From: an uncultured Gammaproteobacteria bacterium
Lineage (GTDB): Bacteria; Cyanobacteriota; Vampirovibrionia; LMEP-6097
DNA: 64,000 nucleotides
Assembly: GCA_964517685.1 (NCBI GenBank)
Contig: CAZFCF010000001.1
Span: 345,458-409,457, forward strand
Direction: 5' to 3'
Below, piece after piece: positions 1 through 9,188 of this stretch (position 1 is its first letter; each line of letters opens with the position of its first letter). Made by a program: the position numbers and the translations under genes. Under the pieces are notes generated by a model. That model ran no database searches and was not told the origin of the DNA. It saw only the letters and a program-made list of their open reading frames with translations.

Positions 1-992
1 ATGGAAACATGCTCAGGACGTATTTTGCCTTGTTCTTTTAGACGAGTAATTTGCAAAGTAAGAAATTGTGCTTTGCTGATTTCTGTGAGCATCCAAGCTA
101 AATCAGCTTGAATAAGCTGATGTGAAGCAATAGGTTTGCCGTGAAACTGCACGCGTGTAAGCGAGTAATCAAGAGCTGTTTGATAGCAATTCATTGCAGC
201 ACCAATCACACCCCAAGCTATACCAAGTCTAGCTGAGTTCAAACATTGCAAAGCAGCTTTTAGACCGCTATCTGTACCAGGTAAAAGATTTTCTTCTGGA
301 ATAATACAATCAGAAAATATCAATTCAGAAGTGACTGAAGCTCGTAAAGAATGTTTTCCAGTCATTAATTTGGTAGAGAATCCTGGAGTGTTTTTTTCCA
401 CCAAAAAGCCTCTGACATTAGCTCCTAGCTTTGCCCAAACAACTGCAATATCAGCAACAGAGCCGTTAGTGATCCACATTTTTGCGCCATTAAGTTTATA
501 ACCAGCCGTCACTTTTTCAGCACGTGTCTCCATTTCTGATGGATTAGAACCATGATCTGGTTCAGTTAAACCAAAGCAGCCAATAGCTTTGCCTTGAGCA
601 AGCAAAGGTAACCATTTATTTTTTTGTTCTTCACTACCAAAAGTTGCAATCGGAAACATCACAAGTGAAGTTTGTACAGAATTAAAAGATCTAATTGCTG
701 AATCACCGGCTTCAAGCATCATATTAATTAAACCGTAAGAGACATAACCAGTTCCCGGACAGCCATAGCCATGAATCGGCGCTCCAAGAAAACGCATGCC
801 ACCAATTTTAGGAATTAGTTCTTGCGGAAATCTATCTTCGTTATAAGCTTTATCAATAATTGGCATCACTTCTTTATTCGTGAAGTCCATAGTATTGTTC
901 ATGATCAAAATCTCTTCCTCACTTAATAGCGATTGGAAATCAGCAAAGTCAGTCAGACGAATCTTAGGCATAAATATAAGTTTATCAGCCAT
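1..992 (-). CDS. Acyl-CoA dehydrogenase, glutaryl-CoA dehydrogenase-like. The window contains the N-terminal ~330 codons; the C-terminus runs off the window start.
   Basis: Reverse translation from the ATG (complement of 990-992) gives MADKLIFMPKIRL...GCFGLTEPDHGSNPSEMETRAEK...KMWITNGSVADIAVVWAK. These are ACAD-family motifs. The reading frame is open to position 1. Confidence 0.75.
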   Translation of the reverse strand, partial: MADKLIFMPKIRLTDFADFQSLLSEEEILIMNNTMDFTNKEVMPIIDKAYNEDRFPQELIPKIGGMRFLGAPIHGYGCPGTGYVSYGLINMMLEAGDSAIRSFNSVQTSLVMFPIATFGSEEQKNKWLPLLAQGKAIGCFGLTEPDHGSNPSEMETRAEKVTAGYKLNGAKMWITNGSVADIAVVWAKLGANVRGFLVEKNTPGFSTKLMTGKHSLRASVTSELIFSDCIIPEENLLPGTDSGLKAALQCLNSARLGIAWGVIGAAMNCYQTALDYSLTRVQFHGKPIASHQLIQADLAWMLTEISKAQFLTLQITRLKEQGKIRPEHVS

Positions 993-1020
993 TTATTAGG
1001 ACGTCATTGTAAGTACTGAG

Positions 1021-1135
1021 AGCATTTTTTGAATACTCTCTTTCACTCCCTATTACTTGCTCCCTCCCAGCTGCGCCGCTCGGAAGCGCCGTAAAAAGGG
1101 GACCCTATAGTTCAAGAAAGTATTCAAAAAAATGC
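1021..1135. repeat. MITE-like element: a GC-rich core flanked by 17-bp terminal inverted repeats.
   Basis: TIR-L agcattttttgaatact (1021-1037) and TIR-R agtattcaaaaaaatgc (1119-1135). GC-rich core ...tccctcccagctgcgccgctcggaagcgccg... Confidence 0.55.
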
Positions 1136-1157
1136 ATGGCAATTATAAGAAGTCAAA

Positions 1158-1757
1158 CTAGACATCTGCTAACTTTCTTGCAGACGATTGAGCTCCAGGA
1201 ATAAAAGTTGAATACTGCTTAGAGCTTGCCATATAACGTGAGTCAGGATCTGAAGTCATTGCTGAATTAGTTTGATTTGCAGCAAGAGTATTACGAGAGT
1301 CTTTGCCACCAAGTAAATCTCTAAGCTGATTCACTTGCTCTTCTAATTTACTTAAACGCTCTTCAACAGATTCTGGTGGAGCTTTTCTATCAGCGATTTT
1401 TTGCCATTCATCAATGGCACTTGAACCTGCTTGCTCAGCAGCTCTTGAAGATTTAAATTCATCGCTTGCTCTTTGAAGCCTTGGCGTAGAAGAGTCACCA
1501 AGAATTGCACCAGGTCTAGAAGCTAAGAATCTTGCTTTACTTGCTCTGTCTCTTGCTTTATTTGCGCTCTGTGTATCACTGTCAGAAACAGGTTTAAACT
1601 CTGCATCAACTATTACCCCTCTAACAGTGTCTCGTCTAACAGTTGATTTATTGTGTAAAATTGGACCATTAGGATTCTGCGGGCCGCCTCTATTAACAAG
1701 ACTCGGCGCCAGTTTTTGCATGTGGTATGAACTACCAGATAGTGAATCAAAACCCAC
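1158..1757 (-). CDS. Hypothetical protein, 199 aa, Ser/Ala/Arg-rich with a coiled-coil segment.
   Basis: ORF track only. No recognisable motif. Confidence 0.4.
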   Translation of the reverse strand: MGFDSLSGSSYHMQKLAPSLVNRGGPQNPNGPILHNKSTVRRDTVRGVIVDAEFKPVSDSDTQSANKARDRASKARFLASRPGAILGDSSTPRLQRASDEFKSSRAAEQAGSSAIDEWQKIADRKAPPESVEERLSKLEEQVNQLRDLLGGKDSRNTLAANQTNSAMTSDPDSRYMASSKQYSTFIPGAQSSARKLADV

Positions 1758-1989
1758 TCTTCATTACATACGCAAGCTAAGTTAAAAATAGGTTAAGGAG
1801 ATTAATCAGCATCAGGGGCGTTGATTTCAAGTTAAAAATTTCTTAGAGACCAGAACAGATTCTAGGTGATATATTTATACAACCCTCCTGAACAGGGATT
1901 TGTTTAGAACTTAGTCAAAGTCAACAAAACTGAATAGTAATAAAGATAACCAAGCCTAGACTTGGTTATAAAAGAGCGCCCACCCGACG
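1758..1989. other. Non-coding region upstream of dnaA; candidate oriC or dnaA promoter.
   Basis: 232-bp AT-rich non-coding gap directly 5' of dnaA. aagttaaaaat is repeated twice. No clear TTATCCACA boxes are seen. Confidence 0.3.
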
Positions 1990-3501
1990 ATGTTAGATCA
2001 ATTAGAAAGCAATTTTAACCACAATATAGACCAAAATAGTAGCGAGCAAAGCGAATATTCATCAATAAGCATCAAAAGCTCAGAAGATTCTGAAAATATA
2101 GTTATAGAAAATGGCTATATCGAGCTTTGGCAACAGGTTCTTGAATATCTAGAGAAAAAACTCAGAAAACCCAGCTTTGATACGTGGATCAGACCAACAC
2201 AGCTAATCAAGATCGAAAGCGACACAGCAACGATTGCAGTGAAAAATGAGTTCACTAGAAACTTTCTGCTCCAAAGCTATTACAAAGAAATACAAGAGGC
2301 ATTAAAAGAAATTCTGGCTAAATCTATAGCTATAAAATTTATAGTTCTTATAGATTTAGAAATCCCTGAAAACCAGTCAATATCTAATGTTGAAAATGAG
2401 AAAAATTTTAACGATAAGCAAATTAGTCTTGCGGAAATAAAAACACCTAATAGTTCTTACAAGAAACATTCGACTAAACTCAACAGTAAATTCAATTTTC
2501 TAAATTTCATACTTGGTAAATCTAATCAAGCACCTTATACTTTTGCAAAAGCAATCACTGAAAGCAGTTCAGGAGTTTATAGTTCTCTATTTATACATTC
2601 AGATACAGGTCTGGGTAAAACTCATTTATTGCATGCCATTGGCAATCAAGCTCAGGAACTGCAATACGGGCTCAAAGTTAAATACGTTAAAGCTGAAGAC
2701 TTCACAAACGAACTTATAGTTTCCATTCAACGCAACAACACTGCACAGTTTAGATCTAATTACAGAAACTTAGATTTATTACTTTTCGATGATTTTCATT
2801 TTCTTGATAACAAAAAAACCTGCCAAGAAGAGTTTGCATTCACCCTAGAATCCATTATTGAAAATGGTGGCAAAGTAGTAATGTCTTCAGCAAAAATGAT
2901 TGAAGAGTTTAAAACTCTTTCAAATAAACTCAAAAGTAAAATTCGTGGTTCTTTAATCTCAACTATAGAGAAACCCAATTACACAACACGTTTAAAAATC
3001 CTTTCAGAGAAAGCTAATATCTCGCAAATTCAAATCAACGAAGAACATTTAGGATTTATAGCGGGTAAATTCGAGAACAATGTGCGTGAGCTTGAAGGTG
3101 CATTAATGCAAATATCCGCCTTTAAGAATTTTGCAGGTGAAAGTATTGATGATGATCTTATAGCTAATCTCTTTGGGGGTATTGCGCCAGAACCGGAATA
3201 CAAAGGTTTATCAATAGAAAAAATCACCAAGAAAGTCGCAGAATTTTATGACTGTGATTTATCGGAGCTTATCGGCAAGTCAAGAGTTAAAGAAATAGCT
3301 AACGCACGACATCTTGCTATCTATTTAGCTCATACAATTTTGAGACTGAGTTATACAAGAATCGGTGATTATTTTGCTGGAAGAAAGCATAGTTCAATAA
3401 TTCATTCTGCTTCGATGGTGAGAAAAGATATTAATTCAGATAACTCTAATAGTAATTATAAATACGCAATAGAACAAATTAAAAAATCTCTATCCGTCTA
3501 A
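1990..3501 (+). CDS. dnaA: Chromosomal replication initiator DnaA.
   Basis: Walker A GLGKTHLLHAIGNQ, an AAA+ core and the C-terminal DnaA DNA-binding signature ANARHLAIYLAH...RIGDYFAGRKHSSIIHS. The N-terminal ~60 aa is an extension; the true start may be internal. Confidence 0.9.
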   Translation: MLDQLESNFNHNIDQNSSEQSEYSSISIKSSEDSENIVIENGYIELWQQVLEYLEKKLRKPSFDTWIRPTQLIKIESDTATIAVKNEFTRNFLLQSYYKEIQEALKEILAKSIAIKFIVLIDLEIPENQSISNVENEKNFNDKQISLAEIKTPNSSYKKHSTKLNSKFNFLNFILGKSNQAPYTFAKAITESSSGVYSSLFIHSDTGLGKTHLLHAIGNQAQELQYGLKVKYVKAEDFTNELIVSIQRNNTAQFRSNYRNLDLLLFDDFHFLDNKKTCQEEFAFTLESIIENGGKVVMSSAKMIEEFKTLSNKLKSKIRGSLISTIEKPNYTTRLKILSEKANISQIQINEEHLGFIAGKFENNVRELEGALMQISAFKNFAGESIDDDLIANLFGGIAPEPEYKGLSIEKITKKVAEFYDCDLSELIGKSRVKEIANARHLAIYLAHTILRLSYTRIGDYFAGRKHSSIIHSASMVRKDINSDNSNSNYKYAIEQIKKSLSV

Positions 3502-3533
3502 CCAGAACTCTACTTTGGGTAAATAATTAAAAT

Positions 3534-4637
3534 ATGACTCAAACTTTAGAGCAGTACACTAAAGAAAATCCTTTTCTAACTTTGCTTTTAGAAAATTATA
3601 TTTTAAACAAACCTGGTTCAAGTAAAGATACCAGGCACTTTGTAATTAGTTTAAAAGACAGCGGTATTAATTATGAACCTGGTGATTCATTGTATGTTTG
3701 TCCAGAAAACGAAATCAATTTAGTCAATGAACTACTTAGCTATTTAAAACTTGATCTAAACAAAGAAGCAGAACTGCATCGCTTTACTCAAGAAATTAAT
3801 ATTACTAGAGCCAGTAATAAACTTTTCAAATTAATAGAAGGCAAGCTAGGTGAGGCTTTTAATACTACTGAAGCAACAGAGAAATTTAATGGCTATAGCA
3901 TTCCTGGCATTATCAAAACTCTTAAAGCACAGTATTCTAATTTAGAACTTAGTAGTAATGAAATTGCTGAAAACTCTTCTAAATTACAAGCAAGAGCATA
4001 TTCAATAGCCTCTTCTTTAAAAGCTCATCCAGAAGAAGTTCATCTTTGTATCTCCAGAGTAGATACAGAAGTCAATGGACAACAGGTTCTTGGAGTATGT
4101 TCTAACTATCTTTCATCTAGAGTGCCACTAAATCAAAAAAATCTAAGAATCTACTTACACAGCAATGATAAATTCAGGTTACCTAGCGAAAAAACTACCG
4201 ACATCATCATGGTTGGTCCTGGTACTGGCATTGCACCTTTTAGAGCCTTTATCGAAGAAAGAAATTTCCTAAGAGATCAAGGTGAAACAGTTGGCAAAGA
4301 CTGGCTTTTCTTTGGTGACCAAAAAGCTGCATATGACTACCTTTATGAAGACGAATTTGAAGCATATGCAAAAAAATATAACTTAAAAGTTACTACAGCC
4401 TTTTCACGTGATCAAGCTGAAAAAGTATATGTGCAAAATAAAATGAAAGAAAACTCGAAAGAGATTTTTGCAATGCTGGAAAATGGTGCTTACTTCTATG
4501 TGTGTGGTGATGCAAGACGTATGGCGAAAGATGTTGATCAAGCCTTACAAGAAATTATTACTGAGAACGGCAAGAACGCAGAAGAGTATATCAAAAACTT
4601 AAAAGATACTAAGAGATATTGCAGAGATGTCTATTAA
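3534..4637 (+). CDS. FAD/NAD(P)-binding oxidoreductase of the ferredoxin-NADP+ reductase / sulfite-reductase-flavoprotein (CysJ-like) family.
   Basis: FNR signature RAYSIASS, the NAD(P)-binding motif GPGTGIAPFRAF, and a C-terminal YVCGDARRMAKDV motif typical of the FNR superfamily. Confidence 0.6.
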   Translation: MTQTLEQYTKENPFLTLLLENYILNKPGSSKDTRHFVISLKDSGINYEPGDSLYVCPENEINLVNELLSYLKLDLNKEAELHRFTQEINITRASNKLFKLIEGKLGEAFNTTEATEKFNGYSIPGIIKTLKAQYSNLELSSNEIAENSSKLQARAYSIASSLKAHPEEVHLCISRVDTEVNGQQVLGVCSNYLSSRVPLNQKNLRIYLHSNDKFRLPSEKTTDIIMVGPGTGIAPFRAFIEERNFLRDQGETVGKDWLFFGDQKAAYDYLYEDEFEAYAKKYNLKVTTAFSRDQAEKVYVQNKMKENSKEIFAMLENGAYFYVCGDARRMAKDVDQALQEIITENGKNAEEYIKNLKDTKRYCRDVY

Positions 4638-6722
4638 ATGTCCGTCTTATTTGCATCACTTGGCATAATTTTTGGATCCCTTTATTTTGTAATTGGTGAT
4701 AATCGAGTTATGCTTGCAGCTTTAGTTGCATTCGTAATATCAAGTGCAGTCTTTACCACTCTTAGACATCGTCGCAAAGAAATCATTAGTTTTCTAGTTT
4801 TTTTCTTATTGATGTTTTTTAATTACAACCTGAGATCAGACTTTTTAGAGGTTTTTGACTTAGAGCAATATATCACCACAAACAAGTCACAGCTTTACTT
4901 TCAAATAGTAAGCCCACCTCGTAATAGAGTTTTCTATTCTGAATTTATAGTTCAAGTAAAAAATAAAAACAGAAAGTTCAGTAATATAGTCAAAGATATT
5001 TTCCTGCCTTATAGATTCTTAGCTAAAGCCCCTGCTACTTTAGGATTGGCAGAAGCTGATATAGTTGCCATTCAAGACCTTTCGCTCCATAGATTAGATC
5101 GATATAGATACAGAATCTACAAGAAAAACAAAGTCTTTAATGAATCAGAAACTAAGAGTATAAGTTTTGTTGCTTCTGAAGACAATATATTTACTAAGGT
5201 ACAAAACTCTATTAAAGAATATTTCTTTAGAAATCTAAGTTTCGAAAATGCTCAAATCGCCAGCAGCTTACTTCTTGGAGCTAAAACAGCAAGCCCTCCA
5301 GAAGAGTTTTCTAGGATTTCCTACAAACTCGGTATAGGTCATTTCTTGGCAGCATCAGGTTTTCAGCTCGTAGTTTTAGGGTTTTTAATAAACTCTATTT
5401 TCAAAACTCTCAAATTCAATCTCTATGTCACTAATTTAACAACCTTAGTATTAGTTCTGTTTTATGCGGGTCTAGCAGGGTTTAGTCCTTCTATAACTCG
5501 TGCAGCTATTTGCGTTGCTGTATTTTTACTCTTGCAACTTAGTAAGCGTAAAATGGATAGTAAAAGATTTTTACTAATACTGGCTGGAATAGTTTTATTT
5601 ATTGATCCCTACACTGTTTTAGACTTAGGCTTTCAATTCAGCTATCTAGCTACATTAGCTCTATTAATTTGGACTTCAACTATAGAGAAGAAACTTGAAT
5701 TTATTAAACCTAAATTCATTCGCGAAGGGGTGGCTATAACGCTTTCAGTACAGTTATTCTTGCTACCTTTATCAATTTATTACTTTGGAAATTTACAAAT
5801 CTGGAGTATCCTTGCCAATATAATTCTTACACCAATCTTGACTCTAATTACTTTACTTTCATTCTTTGGTCTATGTTTCCTTATTGAACCGCTTTTAAAT
5901 TTAACTAAATACTTGGTCTATCATGCCAACCAATTACCAGGTCTAGATTCTGCCTATGATATGGATTTCTCAAGTATGGTACTTATGACTTTATTTCTTA
6001 ATATGCTTGCCTTTGCAATCATAAGACCTAATATTAATACTCCAAATGATGCTGAGTTCATGAAAACTATTTATACACGCTATTACGATGAGAATATTTT
6101 TTTATTCTTGAAAAAAATATTTACTGACCCTTGTATGCAAATCAGTGTGCTAGTTTCTACTTTGGCTTTGCTTTTAGCAACTAGCCTGCCTCCATACAAC
6201 ACTGTTGTATTGCCTATTGAAAATGGCTTGATTAAAAATTTCCCTGCACTTAAGCAAGTAATGAAGGATAAATCAATTAATTCTCAATATCTTGATTATC
6301 AAGATTTGAAAATATTACTAATTAAGAATCGTAGTTCACTTAAGAAGTTAGGAACTCTGACTGGCAATCTACAAGAAGTAGATATTTTAATTTTGCCGCA
6401 GTTAAATGAAAAAGATATTTATTTAAATACTCTAATAGAAATTACTAAACCACAGTTTGTTGTTGCTTCAGTCAGGAGGAGTCATAGTAAAAAACAAATG
6501 CCGTCATCGCGAAGCCGCGAAGCGGCTGTGGCTGTCATTGCGAGCGAAGCGAAGCAATCCCCCGGCGCTCAAAATGGGATTGCCACGTCGCCTTCGCCTC
6601 CTCGCAATGACGACACAAATAAGGTGGATTCTAATTTGAAAATTATTACTGGAAAGGCTCACACCGTTATAGATTCAGGTGTATTATACATAAGTAAAGG
6701 AAAATTTTGGAGTCTCAATTAA
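4638..6722 (+). CDS. ComEC/Rec2-like polytopic membrane protein (competence/DNA-internalisation family). It carries an in-frame GC-rich palindromic insertion.
   Basis: Many TM helices; motif GIGHFLAASGFQLVVLGFL resembles the ComEC GxxHLLAISGLH motif. Residues ~615-665 (SVRRSHSKKQMPSSRSREAAVAVIASEAKQSPGAQNGIATSPSPPRNDD) are encoded by the 6498-6613 palindromic element. Confidence 0.55.
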   Translation: MSVLFASLGIIFGSLYFVIGDNRVMLAALVAFVISSAVFTTLRHRRKEIISFLVFFLLMFFNYNLRSDFLEVFDLEQYITTNKSQLYFQIVSPPRNRVFYSEFIVQVKNKNRKFSNIVKDIFLPYRFLAKAPATLGLAEADIVAIQDLSLHRLDRYRYRIYKKNKVFNESETKSISFVASEDNIFTKVQNSIKEYFFRNLSFENAQIASSLLLGAKTASPPEEFSRISYKLGIGHFLAASGFQLVVLGFLINSIFKTLKFNLYVTNLTTLVLVLFYAGLAGFSPSITRAAICVAVFLLLQLSKRKMDSKRFLLILAGIVLFIDPYTVLDLGFQFSYLATLALLIWTSTIEKKLEFIKPKFIREGVAITLSVQLFLLPLSIYYFGNLQIWSILANIILTPILTLITLLSFFGLCFLIEPLLNLTKYLVYHANQLPGLDSAYDMDFSSMVLMTLFLNMLAFAIIRPNINTPNDAEFMKTIYTRYYDENIFLFLKKIFTDPCMQISVLVSTLALLLATSLPPYNTVVLPIENGLIKNFPALKQVMKDKSINSQYLDYQDLKILLIKNRSSLKKLGTLTGNLQEVDILILPQLNEKDIYLNTLIEITKPQFVVASVRRSHSKKQMPSSRSREAAVAVIASEAKQSPGAQNGIATSPSPPRNDDTNKVDSNLKIITGKAHTVIDSGVLYISKGKFWSLN
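6498..6613. repeat. GC-rich palindromic element (RPE-like), complete copy inside comEC, in frame.
   Basis: caaatgccgtcatcgcgaagcc...tgtcattgcgagcgaagcgaagcaatcc...ggattgccacgtcgccttcgcctcctcgcaatgacg. GC is far above the local background. Left and right halves are mutually complementary. Confidence 0.8.
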
Positions 6723-7492
6723 TGACTAATATTGTTGCTATTGATCTAGGAGCTACAAATACTAAAATTGGTATTTTTGATAATGATAAACTCATTGCCC
6801 AAGAAGTTTTCACTACCTCAAAAAATCCTGAAGAGCTTGCAGAAAATATTTGCACCCATATAATTAATTTCACGCAGTATGAACCACTTGCTATTGGCGT
6901 GGGAGCTGCTGGCTTTTGGGATGAAAAATGTCTTTTAAAGCAAAGTCTTAATTTACCAGAATTAATTGATTATCCATTATGGGAAATAGTTTCTAAGAGT
7001 TTAAACTTGCCTATTTTTCTCAAAACTGATGTTGAGCTTGCCGTTATGGGTGAAGCAGTTTATGGTCTTAAGAACAAATACAGCAATGTTCTTTATATCA
7101 ATATGGGAACTGGTTTCAGCGCAGGGCTCTACAAAGATGGCGAAATTTTTACAACTAGTTATTCACCAACTTTAAGATTGAGCTTTATGGTACAAGCACA
7201 ATTACTGAATCAAGAAGAATCTACACCTTATGAGCAGAACCTTCAATCAATCATCACACTCTCATCAACCCTAATCAACTTGGCTTGTATTCTTTCTCCA
7301 GAAATTATTGTTTTTGGTGGTGGCAAAGTTGATAATAATTGGGATTCAATCATTGCTCCTGCAGTAGAAAAAGCTCAAGAATATTTAGATCAAGTTTTAG
7401 TCTATAAAATCAAATTTTCCAAGGCAAAACTAGAATATCCAACTTTATATGGAGCATATGAACTAGTAAAACGTGAAGTCTCATCTATTTAG
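6707..7492 (+). CDS. ROK-family sugar kinase (glucokinase-like).
   Basis: N-terminal IVAIDLGATNTKIG (ATPase phosphate-1), a KTDVELAVMGEAVYG ROK-like motif, and GGG near the C-terminus. Confidence 0.5.
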   Translation: MESQLMTNIVAIDLGATNTKIGIFDNDKLIAQEVFTTSKNPEELAENICTHIINFTQYEPLAIGVGAAGFWDEKCLLKQSLNLPELIDYPLWEIVSKSLNLPIFLKTDVELAVMGEAVYGLKNKYSNVLYINMGTGFSAGLYKDGEIFTTSYSPTLRLSFMVQAQLLNQEESTPYEQNLQSIITLSSTLINLACILSPEIIVFGGGKVDNNWDSIIAPAVEKAQEYLDQVLVYKIKFSKAKLEYPTLYGAYELVKREVSSI

Positions 7493-7521
7493 ACTATTCA
7501 GGAAAGATCTTCAGAGGAATA

Positions 7522-8196
7522 TTGATTATAGTGCTTCTTTTATTACGAAGATTAATATTTGTTCCTTTACTTGCTCTTAGCTTTCAGTGGCCAGCAGGTT
7601 CTGTAAGTTTATTAGATGGCGGCGGTGTTAAATCCAGTTCATTAAGTACTGGTCCTAGAGGCTATCTTGAACCCTATATTGCAAGAAATGTTGGGGATGT
7701 AATCACTATCAAAATAGTAGAAAATATTCAGTCCCTAAAAAAATCACAAATCATTCTTGATAACGATACTAGAAGTGATTCAGGTTTATCTCTTCAACTC
7801 GCCATGACTGCTACAAGCTCTCTTACTCCTTCAGCAAATAATGTGGCAAACATGCTTACTAATTTTTCTCTTCCGGTTGATTATTCAAGAAGAAATATCA
7901 AAGAGATTTCAGTGGACAACAAAGAACAATTTTTTACTTTAGTTAGCTGTTTAATAGTGGAAGTAGATCCAGAAAATGGCAATATGGTTGTAGAAGGTAG
8001 CAGACAGATCCTTATGGAAGGCGAGACTAAGAGCCTTTATGTCAGAGGTATTGTCTTCCCTAAAGATATAGATTCTAATAATGAATTACCAAGCTATAAG
8101 TTAGCCAATGCTCAAGTACAAATCATTGACAGTGGTACCCTTTCTAAAGAAAGAGACAGTGGATTCGTACAGAAAATATTTAGAAGACTTTTCTAG
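7522..8196 (+). CDS. flgH: Flagellar L-ring protein FlgH.
   Basis: ARNVGDVITIKIVEN matches the FlgH block RVGDIxTVxIxE. GNMVVEGSRQILMEGETKSLYVRGIVFPKDIDSNNELPS matches the FlgH C-terminal block. Start codon is uncertain; no clear lipobox. Confidence 0.6.
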   Translation: MIIVLLLLRRLIFVPLLALSFQWPAGSVSLLDGGGVKSSSLSTGPRGYLEPYIARNVGDVITIKIVENIQSLKKSQIILDNDTRSDSGLSLQLAMTATSSLTPSANNVANMLTNFSLPVDYSRRNIKEISVDNKEQFFTLVSCLIVEVDPENGNMVVEGSRQILMEGETKSLYVRGIVFPKDIDSNNELPSYKLANAQVQIIDSGTLSKERDSGFVQKIFRRLF

Positions 8197-9066
8197 GCTT
8201 GCTTGCACTTCTATAACTTTATTAACAGGAGCTTTCTTGTATTTAAGTCTGTATAATTCAACCCAACCATATTCTTTCAAGAAATATAAATCCTTCTTGA
8301 GGTTCTCAACCCAAACAAAAGAGTTATCAGGATTTCTAGGCTCTTCAGTTAAAGCTAAAAAGTCTGGAACCTTAATGCCAACAAAATCTATTGGAGCTTC
8401 AACATTATAAGCAGAGTTATCGATTAGAACTCTTGCACCATAAATAGGTGGATATTTAGCTGTATAGTATTTAGCCAGATATGGATGAATATTTTTATTA
8501 CCAGTTAAGTGTTGAAAAGATCTTTTGACATAAGATTTATAGAAGCCTACTGTATAGAGCTTAAGCTTTGATTTCTGTTGCGGATGTATATTATTGCGAT
8601 GATTAGGATAGAGAGCAAAATCTCTGTTATAAGGTTTACGAACATCCTCATTAGCAATGACCTTATCAAAGTATTTTGCTAATCCAGAACTGCCCAGAAT
8701 GTCCTTGGCATAGGCTTTACGATTATTAGTAAAAATCATAAGATTGAAACCCAATCTTTTAGCATATTCCAGAATCTCGATCGCTCCAGGACGAATCACA
8801 TATTGCTGACCATCTAAGGAAGTGTTGACCTTATATCCCAATCTCTTTGCAGTTGAAATATCTTCCTTAGTCATTCGATCTGAAGCAATTAAAGTCTCAT
8901 CTAAATCAAAAGCCAAATATTTAGAATTTTTGTCTAAGACTACAGCTTTAGGCGCAGCTTCATAAGTTTCAAGAACACCTTCAAAGGCATTAGCACTTAA
9001 ACCACTGAGTAGAAGAATAAGTAAAACTAAGAGATTTTTTTTGAGCATTTGAATAATTTTTATCAT
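8101..9066 (-). CDS. Secreted HAD-superfamily phosphatase of the FCP1/NIF (CTD-phosphatase-like) type.
   Basis: N-terminal signal peptide (LLVLLILLLSGLSANA). NIF-domain signature AFDLDETLIAS (DxDxT) plus downstream HAD-like blocks. The 3' end overlaps flgH by 96 nt. Confidence 0.5.
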   Translation of the reverse strand: MIKIIQMLKKNLLVLLILLLSGLSANAFEGVLETYEAAPKAVVLDKNSKYLAFDLDETLIASDRMTKEDISTAKRLGYKVNTSLDGQQYVIRPGAIEILEYAKRLGFNLMIFTNNRKAYAKDILGSSGLAKYFDKVIANEDVRKPYNRDFALYPNHRNNIHPQQKSKLKLYTVGFYKSYVKRSFQHLTGNKNIHPYLAKYYTAKYPPIYGARVLIDNSAYNVEAPIDFVGIKVPDFLALTEEPRNPDNSFVWVENLKKDLYFLKEYGWVELYRLKYKKAPVNKVIEVQASLEKSSKYFLYESTVSFFRKGTTVNDLYLSIG

Positions 9067-9188
9067 AACAGATGCTTAGCTGGGCTTGTTATTTAGCCAA
9101 TCGCCACTTTGGGTAGTGAAATTTTCTTGAATGAAAAAGTACTTTCGACCCCTTTCATTTCTATTTTGCGTTAAGCATAATTTTTATT

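Noticed and set aside
2513-3230. Short ORFs (68, 60 and 66 aa) on either strand inside dnaA.
   Set aside because: Fully embedded in a strongly supported dnaA reading frame. AT-rich genomes throw up many such spurious ORFs.
6457-6639. 60-aa ORF overlapping the GC-rich element inside comEC.
   Set aside because: It is a by-product of the GC-rich palindrome, where stop-codon-poor GC DNA creates ORFs in several frames. The host comEC frame is continuous through it.
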